Assembly (NCBI GenBank): GCA_905178155.1
Contig: CAJINV010000004.1
Coordinates: 10,399,655-10,463,654 of the forward strand
Direction: 5' to 3'
Source of the DNA: Amoebophrya sp. A120
Taxonomy: Eukaryota; Protista; Dinoflagellata
DNA length: 64,000 nucleotides
The notes below the pieces were generated by a model, which searched no databases, was not told where the DNA came from, and saw nothing but the letters and a program-made list of their open reading frames with translations. The position numbers and the translations under genes were made by a program. Numbering within the stretch: the first letter of the stretch is position 1; the number at the start of each line of letters is the position of its first letter. This document shows positions 48,200-58,273 of this stretch, one piece after another.

Positions 48200-50972
48200 T
48201 CAAGGGACCGCTCGTGATTCGAGTGGCCACAGACACACTTTGTGGCGGAAAATGTGTCCATACTCAGAGAATGTGTTCATGCTCACCATTTTGTTTAATC
48301 TTTGGAAAAGACGCGGCGTAGAAAAAAGAAAACCCCAGCATTCCATTTCCAGCAGCTGTTCCACAAACTTGAACAATAAAACTTGACGTATGATTCCGTC
48401 GGTGTAGTTTTTTTTTTTTCTATGCGTAGATACCATGCGTAGATAACAAAAGACTTTTAAAAAAAATGCCCAACTCACCAGCCACTTCCGCGAGCGGCCG
48501 CACCAGTGCCCTCCGCTTTTTTACGTCCTCGCAACTTGTGGAATCGGTTTCGCAGGAATCTTCCGCGATCGGGGGCAGCGGCTCGGACTTCGCGGATCGC
48601 TGCAGGAGGTGGTAGTGATAGTGGTGCGAGTGGTGTGCTGCTGGCCCCGTCAGAATACTAGCAGAGTTGTGCAGCTTGGTCGCATGGCCGTGCGAAGAGG
48701 CTTTCCTGGAAGTAGATGAATTGCTGCTCAGCACGGGGCTCAGTCGCTGGTGGAGGTTTTTAACACTATTTCCACGACCATATGCGCCGGACAGAGGCGC
48801 GTGATTTCCGCCACGGAATAAAGTCGGGTTTCGGTGCAGCAACGGACCTGCTGCAGAGGCGGTAGAAGGACCTGTACCACGAGGAGGCTTACTACTGGTA
48901 CAGCTCGCTCTGGTAGAAGATGTCGAAAAGTTTGCATTTCTACCAGGAAGTACCTGTACCAGGCCACCCGGCACAACTAGCTGTCCCTTGACTGGTGATT
49001 TTTTCAGCACCAAGTTCGAAATATTGAGATGAGTAGCCGACGAGGCCGCGTCTGTCGTAGAGCGACCGGAAGTTGCTGTTTCGCCCGTTGGTGTGCGGCC
49101 GGTGCGCGAAAAATCTTTAGGACTTCTTGGTCGTGTTGAAGAGCGAGTCATACTACTACCCGAAGGAGAGGCGAATAAAGTAGGGTGTTGTAGAGCCATC
49201 AAGTCCCGGTGGTAAGATGTCGCCTTCATCTTGAGATAAAGCGATGGAGAGATCGCGTAGTACTGCTTCTTCGAATTGTTCCCAGCTTGCTTTTTCTCGG
49301 GCGACGGCGTCTTCAGCAGCAACGTCTTAATCCGCCGCTTCATCAGCTTTTCCTGTTCATCTTATGGGAGTGTCAGGATCGAAATCGACAAAATCGAAAA
49401 ACTTGTAATGCGTAAAATGTAGGGCACGCATAGCCTGTGTTGGGGAGCAGACAAGTGAGACCGATTGCAAGCCTATTTAGGGGTATGCAATGTGCTGCCA
49501 GAGTAGCATGACAGGAGCAGTCTTCTTTGCCCAAACAGCATAAGAGACTGGATCTGGGTGCTCCCGAAATTTGTCATGCGCCACTTACAAACTGAGGCTC
49601 CAACTGGTATCGATTTTATACATCACAAATTTTTCGACTTTGTCAATTTCGATTCTGACAATTCCATACATCTTCAGAAGAATCCACATCGTCCACTCGT
49701 TCGTCATCGTCACCCACTGCATTTTTATGAACTGCAAAAGTATCGTACTCGTATAAATGCAAGTCTTGCATCACAAATCTTGTTCCCAAGGCTAATCAGC
49801 ATTACAAATTTCATTTCTCATGCTGAGGAAACTTGTGATGCATTTATACGAGTACGATACTTTTGCACAGCATAATTTTTTCCCTCCGGCGATTGCTGGT
49901 TTTGCCTAGCGCGCCGCGGCTGCTGTTGTCCACCGCCGGAAGTAGCTGTAGAAAACCGATTCATTTTGCTGCCGTTTGTCTTCATTTTTCCTGCCATATA
50001 CAGCCAGCAATACATCACCACGAAACCGGCAAAGGCCCCCGCGAGGATGAAAATGAGGAAAAAGACGGCTTTTTGCTTCTTGGCACGACTGTTCAAAATT
50101 TCGCTACTTAGGAAAAAAGAAGATGGGTTGCTGGTCGGCGTTGTCGTGTCCATGTTCACCTCTGGTCGTTGTTCCAAATGATGATAAGCGGTCGTAACTA
50201 CACTGGACGGCGTGAGTGTTCTACTTGATGAGTTCCTCGTCCGCGTGGGAGTGATCTTCGCTTGATGTTCGGATGTCAAGTAAATCGGTGTCGTCGAGTG
50301 CTTCGGTGGTGACGTCGTCGCCCTCGAAGGTAAATGTAGACCACCATGATCCACCCCCGATAATTGTAGAAGTCCCGTCTCAGCTCCTCCCGGTCTACCT
50401 TCACTGTCCGGACGACGTATCCGTGCTCGATGCAATGCCCGCATTTCCACATCTCCGGCGCGGTGGCGGTCCTCGAGAGCTCCAATTCGCGCAGCGGAGG
50501 CGGACGCGGTGGCGGCCTCAGCTCTGCTCTCCCCATTGCTTCCTCTCGTCGTCCCGCGGCTGTAGTGGTTGTGCACCAGATCTGTATTGTAGCCCGAAAC
50601 TACTTCTACCCCGTTTGGTTGTTGCAAAAAAATTAGAGGGAGGAACGCAATGAACAGCTGCACAAGAAGGAGCGGCCCCTGATAAAGACCCGGCACAAGA
50701 ACGACCCGAGGCCGGCAGTATCGCTTGTTGCCGGCACGACATCCTCTTCGTTCTCCGTGCCACCAGACCGGTGGAGGTGCGCCGGCTTCGGTCGCAGAGT
50801 AGCCTTGTGCTTGTTCATCCCCGTTGTGTGGTTCGCGAAGTACTAGCCGCGCATCTGGTACTCCTAAAAACTGCCGCAGACGACACCGCCCTCCGGGTAT
50901 TTGTCCCCGAGCTGACTTTGGCATCGGAGCTCGGTCGTTCTTGCGGGTTTCGTTTTCCCAGAAGCCGGGCAC
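48200..50972 (-). CDS. Hypothetical single-pass membrane protein (2 introners, probable GT-AG intron near 48385-48478; start uncertain)
   Basis: TM AVFFLIFILAGAFAGFVVMYCWLY; joins EGKN|AVGDDDERVDDVDSSED|EQEKLMKRRIK. Confidence 0.6.
49363..49668. mobile_element. Introner family G
   Basis: TIR TATGGGAGTGTCAGGATCGAAATCGACAAAATCGAAAAA; TSD CATCT. Confidence 0.9.
49726..49874. mobile_element. Introner family C
   Basis: TSD ATTTT. Confidence 0.92.
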
Positions 50973-51366
50973 GACCTCCGGTTGGAGGCCATGAAATCAA
51001 GGCACTCGTCGTCGCGTCGAACGGGCAGGAGTGGTGGAACAACGGTCCTCAGCAACAACGAGAACCTGGTTACGGGCAAAGGAAGACAAGCAGAAAAGTA
51101 AGAAAATACTTATCCAACAACACTCTATACTTCGACCGACTTCGCATATCGAAGATCTACTTCCTATCAGAGAACCACGAGTAACGGTTGTGAAAGTGTA
51201 AGTGCAGTAAAACCGATCGAACTCCTGTGGTGGACCTTGAAGTTGTCCTTTCTCAATTGAGAAGATTTCGCAAGATGAAGTTGTGGTCACTATATTCACC
51301 ACGGCACGCCATCGCATCATCAAATCTCCGTAAGAACACCAGACATTCGGCAGAACCACTTTGGGG

Positions 51367-53596
51367 CAAACAATGCAGCTCCGACCAGGAGACGTAGGTC
51401 TTGCTGTAGTCCAGCACGTGATTGTAGCATTTTTTGGGTTGTTTCAGTGGGGCGTCATTCAAATTTTATCACGATCTTTCGATGTGAAAGATCGTGATGC
51501 TGCCAAAAGTTGGCAAACAAAATCTTGGGGCGAAACTCGTTCCGAGTTTCTCTTCTGTTTCCAAATAAAAGTCAAGATTTGAGAATTTTGGAGAATACAA
51601 AGGTGTCACGCATGCGAACTATTTTATCTATTTTTATTTTTGGAGGAGGAGCATTCAAGGGTACCTGACGTTTTGATTTTGATAACTTTTGGCCTCGCTT
51701 GTAGCTATCTTTTGGTTTTCACTCGTAGAGAAATAGCTATGCGCGCAAACTAGAACAACACTTCAGCCCATGCCGTCTCACCATCCTGAGCCTCTCTACC
51801 CGATGAAGTAGACCTAATGAGGACAAGATGGGAGTGCTCGCTTAGAAATGTGACATCGTGTTCCAAGAGGACAAGGGTACCGGTTTACCAACAAGGAACT
51901 CACAGATCTAACGTGTTGATGATCGTAGGGATCTTAGATATTTAAGATCCTAAAAAGACCGAGAAAACCCATCAAACGAATGATCGAGGGCGAGAGATCG
52001 AGATCGAGATCGAGATCGAGGGATCGAAGAACGTACAGATCGAGGGTCATGTAAATCGAGATCGAAGAGCGAGAGAGCGATACCGAGAAGCCGATAGAGC
52101 ATAAACAAAAACGAGCACGAAAATACATGTCCGAAGGAGAGAAAACTCGCTCATCGAAGACAGCGCATACCGTCCTAAATAAAAAAAAAGGAAGCGCATA
52201 CCGTCCTAAAGCAATTCTGTTTCCAAATAAAAAAAAAGGAGCTCTGCCTCCAATTTTCACACGAAGTGGCTTAGTGGTACTTTCCATACTTCGAAATGAA
52301 AGTAATTTCTTTTTGTTTCCTTGTCCTTCTAAGCTGGGGCGGGCCGTGTTTAATACCCTCCCGCGTCCCCGGCATAGCTCGAGCCGAAATAGAGAAGAAG
52401 ACAAATTTCGTGTGGCTTGTTGGGAGTTGCGGCTGCTTCTTTCGAGCCGCAAGCACCATCGGCTACGATATAGAGTGGTCTGATAGGCAGGAGCAGGGCA
52501 ACGGAGGAAGAAGTGCGGCATTAAGAATAACAACATGCGCCGCAGCGATATTGCAACATCAAGGGAGGGCCTTTTCGGTAAGATTTCTGTTACTCCGCTG
52601 GCTCCCTCGGCTGCATTCAAATCCCGGCTAGATTACGCAAATCATTTACCGGGCGCCGCCACCATCGGACTTGAGGTTCTGGAGATCGACCACGAACAAC
52701 TCCTGGATTTCGCCAGATATCCTCTTTTGTCAGATCAGCCAGGAGCGCCGCAAAACTTTGATCGCCCTCCGTCAGCAGGTTTCGGGTCTGGTCAAAACTT
52801 GCTGCGCGGCCAAGCATATGTCGAAAAATGCGAGGATTGTTTTTCATTATTGGTTATCCCAGAGAAAAAGGAGCTTCTGTCAAAACATGCAGAGTAAATC
52901 GTGACCGACAGGTGTTTTTGCACTCAAGATCAACCCTTTACTCGCCTCTCATGGTGCGCGAGCGCGACTATCTGTCCGACATATGCAGCTAATCAAGATC
53001 AAGATCGTGTTTGAACTTTTTTGGTAAGTACATTTTCTTTCCGCTTCTCACGATTGCAAACAATGCAGCTCCGACCAGGAGACGTAGGTCTTGCTGTAGT
53101 CCAGCACGTGATTGTAGAATTTTTTGGGTTATTTCAGTGGGGTCGTGTCATTCAAATTTTATCACAGTCTTTCGATGTGAAGAGTCGTCGGCTGCGAACC
53201 GAGGAAGGCACATCACTTCGTGCATCCTGCTTTTTTTTTTAGCAAGTGCGAAACTTGATGCTGCCAAAAGTTGGCAAACAAAATCTTGGGGCGAAACTCG
53301 CGAAAAAAAGAAGTTCTACCTCCAATTTTCACACGAAGTGGCTTAGTAGTACTTTCCATAGGAAAGTAAATTCTGTTTGTTTCCTGCTATGCTGGGGGCG
53401 GCCTTTTAGAATACCCTCCCGCTCCCGCGCCCCCGGCATACTAGCTCGGGCCGAAATAGAGAAGAAGACAAATTTCGTTTGGCTTGTTGGGAGTTGCGGC
53501 TGTTTCTTACGAGCAGCAAGCGGCATCGGCTACAGTAAAGAGCGGTCTGATAGGCAGGACCACGGGGGAAGAAGTGCGGGAATAACAACATGCGCG
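51367..53596. repeat. Diverged local duplications (51367-51540 ~ 53056-53300; 52247-52540 ~ 53319-53596)
   Basis: Shared AAACAATGCAGCTCCGACCAGGAGACGTAGG... and CCTCCAATTTTCACACGAAGTGGCTTAGT... blocks. Confidence 0.8.
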
Positions 53597-54181
53597 CCCC
53601 AGCAACTACATTTCTTTCGTTTCATCTGAGTGAACAGCTGCGCTGAAATGTTCGCTGGCAAGTTGGGGTTAATGTTCTATTTCCTATTCGTGCTTCACAT
53701 ACGTAGCAAAAGGTATGCACTTTTCATTTTCGAGAAAACATATCATATGTTTTGTGACGCGCTACTCAAGCGCCTTAATACATTGCGTTACCAGAGCCGT
53801 CATTGGCGTTCACGTGCGGCTACAGCAGGACGACGTTTCCAATTTTTCTTCCTTCTCAAGTAATTGAGCGGCCCGCCTTCGCGTCTTTGCCTCCACGTCA
53901 GTTTCTTTCTCTCTTGAAAACTTTCTGCGTAGCCGAGCATATATTCAATAATCCTGGGATCATTTTCCAGCATTAATTGGTTATCCCAGACAGAAAAGCT
54001 AGCACCTCATATTTTCATGATGATTCACTCATTCATTCTAACGACGAGCTGCCTCCGTTGGAGTTAAGTAAGCCCACTCTTATGCGAACAAAAAAACGCC
54101 TATACACATCTACAAAAGCATCCATAGCTAATACTTTTGAATTATGTATCAACTCTTCAACATATTCATACAAGCCTGCGA

Positions 54182-56562
54182 TGAGCTACGTAAAAACGGT
54201 CGCGCTTTGCGATGTTCTCAAGACTTGACTACAGCGGGGTTAATCACTTTGACAAGCGGGGGCCTGATGTTCGTGTCTCTGTTTTTTTTTAGTGTGGTGG
54301 TCGTCAATCAGTCGTTGTCGTCCTCGTTGCTTCATCATATACTATCGTGCTCTTGATCTTATCCTCATGAGATTTTAACCTCGTACCGAGTACTGTTCTC
54401 GTTTGACCGCGTAGTAGTTCTCCGCAACACACGTCAGGAAAAGCAAGAATGATGATGATCCTATCACTTCGCTTCCAAAAGATGCACCGTAACCCGTGAC
54501 CGAGAAGCGCTGCGGGATCAAGACGCAATTTAATAGACTCCTACTAATTTCACAGGAGGTTTTAAGATCGTGTTTGAGCTCATGTAGTACATTTTAATTT
54601 TCATTTATTTCAGCTTCTCACGATTTCAGCACCACCGATCTGGAATTTTCAACAAGGGGGTCGCGAACTTCCACTTGTCGAGTCCGCGATTTCGTTTTCG
54701 CATGATGAAATTCAGTATGCCTTGTAAAACATTGCTCTCATGTTCTCTACAGCACTCACGTCCCACCAGCGAAGGTCTTGGTTAAAGTCGGCGCAGTTTC
54801 AAAAGGCAGAGGACATGTCTGTCACGCCTTTTGTCCACCATTTCGAGATGTCAAACTCATTACCGTCCACCATGAATGCGGTACCAAAGCTTCCCTGGTT
54901 CCTGTAACAGTGGTGTCTGAACAAATAACTCAAACTTCTCACCCCCGAGACGTTCCAGCTGTACACAGGCCCATATATGCTCTTGGTTTCTTCCCGCCCC
55001 GCCCTGTTCTCCTCATTGTCATAGCCGTCTCTGAGCCAGTATTCGATCGCGTTGCTGAGTGTCAATTTGTCGGGAAACGGTGTCGTCCGAATGGGCATGG
55101 CGGTGAGGTAGATGGGTTTGTCTGCAGGAAATAGTTCCGTGAGCGGAATGGAGGTCTCTCTCCGGTCCAGCAATTGGCTTCCGTCCAGAAGGCTGACGAT
55201 ACCTTGGACCACATTTGGATAGTTCCGCACGACCGTTTCCACCTGCTCGTACAGTTGCGCCACCGTCCAGGCGTGCCACGTTACCGCCCGGACTCCGTCA
55301 AACGCCGGGGAAACTGGGGCTCCAGACATCCAAGCAACTGTAAAGAGCAGACGTATCGGGCGGCAAGGCAGGAGCAAGGTCTTCGTCTTGCGCAGGACCA
55401 AGCGAAGGGGAGGCGCTACTCGTCGCGGGAAAGGGGCCACTGGGCGTATCTAGAACCAGAGCGGGACCGCGAGCGGACGTCACCGGACGCGGACAAGAGC
55501 GCGAGCGGCTGCGACTGGACGTAACTGGAATTTCTCCACGAGGCCCATGGCCGCTCTCATTCTCCCCTGCCCCGGCGGCGCTTGCCTCGCGCCGGCGTCG
55601 CTTGCACGACAAGCGACGGATCAAACTTCCATCTCCAGCTTGTTCACAAGGGCGCACACTCAGGAGGCCACTTACGCTAGGACACCATAACAGGCTGCAG
55701 ATGGGCAGCAGCAACACGACCACACGGAATTGGAAAAGCAACATTTTGCGGAGTTTTGCCCTGCAGTCGAATGCGGCAAACTTGAAGCAATAAGTCAATC
55801 ACGCACGCCTTTGAGATGGGCCTTGCTGCGAACGTGCCTGTGGCCGCAAAGGCAGAAGTTGTTGTGTTGTCACAAGTAATAAAGAAGAGGGAACTTTTCG
55901 AGACTTACTTGCCAAAAAAGTGTGGTAAAAGGCAACTTTGTAGAAATAGTTCAATTATACAGGATGCTACGGTTGTCAGAAGAAAACCCGAGGCGTCGTT
56001 AAATTTAGAGATAACGCTTCTACTTTAACATGAGTCTGAGCTAGGTAAAAACGGTCGCGCTTTGCGATGTTCTCAAGACTTAACTACTGCGGAATGAATC
56101 ACTTTAACGATCGGGGGCCTGATGTTCGTGCCTCTGTTTTTCTTAAAGTAGTGTGGTGGTCGTCAATCAGTCGTCCTCGTCCCTTCATCATACACTATCG
56201 TGCTCTTGATCTTATCCTCATGAGATTTTGACCTCGTACCGAGTATTGTTCCCGTTTGACCGAGCATTAGTTCTCCGCAACACACATCAGGCAAAGCAAG
56301 AACGATGATGATCCTATCACTTTGTTTCCAAAAGATGCACCGTAAACCGTGACCGTCAAGTGCTTCTGCATTCAGATCAAGACGCAATTACAATTCAATA
56401 GTCTCCTACTAAATCCACAGGGGGTATTAAGATCGTGTTTGAGCTCATTCAGTACATCTCAATATTTCATTTTCCGCTTCTCACGATTTCAGAACCACCG
56501 ATCTTGAATTTTCAACAAGGGGGGCGCGAATTTCCACTTGTCGAGTCCGCGATTTCGTTTTC
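54182..56562. repeat. ~500-bp diverged direct repeat (54182-54700 ~ 56037-56562) flanking a DUF285 pseudogene
   Basis: Paralogous ORF translations MRLDPAALLGHGLRCIFWK / MRLDLNAEALDGHGLRCIFWK. Confidence 0.85.
54712..55329 (-). pseudogene. DUF285/BspA-like repeat protein with in-frame TGA, truncated
   Basis: YGPVYSWNVSGVRSLSYLF, ISKWWTKGVTDMSSAF*NCADFNQDLRWWDVSAVENMRAMFYKAY*. Confidence 0.7.
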
Positions 56563-56771
56563 ACAACGAGACTCGCAAGCATTTTGCGCATGACAGAGGT
56601 CGTTTGTCTTGCATGTTTTGCAACACAATGTGTAACTGTAACACTTTTCTCTTTGCATAGTAGAGGCAGCGGGATTCGTGTTGTCCTTGAAAGGGAATAT
56701 CGTGAGAAAAAAGTGTTTCACTGTAAACTTGTAATGCGGAAAATGTATCTCACAAGTGTTTGTCTTGCTAC
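56563..56771. repeat. Copy of 37756-37964 (half introner + micro-exon + half introner of the SET gene)
   Basis: 209 bp with no differences seen. Confidence 0.92.
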
Positions 56772-57879
56772 TGATCAACACTGATAACTTCGCCACGATC
56801 GACGTCTACTGAACTTTCGTCACGACCAGTGAAGGGCAGCAAAGTCTGCTGCTGGACGACCGCATGACCCGAGCTGCGAACTACACAGCTCCCTACTGGT
56901 TGCGGGCGCAGTTGTGAACAAGTGGCTTCATGTTCATCCCTATCGTGTGGGAAGATTTCGTCTTCAGGCACGTTTGTCATGGACGAACTTCGCAGCGACC
57001 ACGCGCGGCTTGCGGTCGTGGGTTGCAACGTGGAAAAAGAACTGGAAGAGGAGGGACTCGGGAATGGTACACGACTAGCGCCGCCGGCTATCGTACTAGA
57101 TTCTCCGCCCGAAAAAGAGCTCCTGGGCTTATTTTGCGTAGATTGCTGCTCTCGCTCCTCTTCTCCGGGCGCTGCTGCGGTGCCGCCTTGTTGTCCTCTG
57201 TTACTCGAATCTATCGGGTGGTCTTCTGGCGCATGATAATCCGCATTGCTGAAAATGTCCTCTTTTAGGCAAATTGCGCAAGGAAACACCGGCGTACTGA
57301 GGACTTTTGACGTTCCAGGTGCCTTCCTGCCGCGAGACGGATTATTTACTTCCTGCCGAAAGAAATTAGGCTTGTATCCCGTCCAGCGCAGGGCAAAAAA
57401 GACCCGCAGGTCTGTCGAGGTTAGCGGTGTCGTCGTGCCACTCTTGTTTCTACTCGGACCCGCAGCCTCATTCGGCGAAATACCCATTCCCCCACACGAC
57501 ATCCGCACCTGCTCCGGCGCCCGCACGGTCTGTCGTCCTCCTGGCACAGCAGCTTCCGACGCCTGTAAAACACGGCGGTCGGTTGGTCGCTCTCTGGTAT
57601 TGAGTCTGTCGTGTTGCGAAGATGAGGACGAGAGAGGTACAAAGGACGGCGCACTACTGCCACTGCTGCTCGACGCGGTTGATGTAGTAAGTCGAGCATT
57701 GGAGTTGTAGAAAAACGATTTGACAGACAGAGCGGTGGCGAAGCCCAGCGATGCAGGCGGAGGAGAGGACTCATGCCTACTTCCAAATTCGAGCGTGGTT
57801 GCCGCAACGAAAAAATAGAAAAGGCCCCGAGGGACGTCGAACATGATTGTGGTTCTCTTCGAAGACATTCACACGACAA
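56771..57879 (-). pseudogene. Copy of 41644-42752 (5' third of the RING gene)
   Basis: 1109 bp; identical 366-aa N-terminal translation. Confidence 0.92.
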
Positions 57880-58273
57880 GGGGGGCGCGAACTTCCACTT
57901 CGAAGACATCTTGAATTTTCAACAAGGGGTGCGCGAACTTCCACTTGTCGAGTCCGCGATTTCGCATGATGAAATTCAGTATTTACTCTGTCGTCTTTCT
58001 CTTTTTGTCGCGTAAAAGTAAGTGGTGCTCGTGGTCGTTGTATCGATTAATGTACTTCCGGTTCCGAACCTTCTGGCGGCTATCCTGCGAAATAAAACCA
58101 CACCCAAGAACCCGGATCACGAGCAGATCTTGTGGTTGTGCGAGACATTTCGCACTTCGGTATAAGTACTTCTGATTCTTCACAAAGTTTCTTCCTCACG
58201 ACAACGCAGCCGCAGGGGGGCATCAAATCCTGCTTGATTTCCCCGACGTAAGAACTCCGAGGGATCCGCGTCC

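Noticed and set aside
51985-52080. (GAGATC)n tract as an RS-domain gene
   Set aside because: Short, interrupted by a stop and with no supporting ORF; treated as a simple repeat
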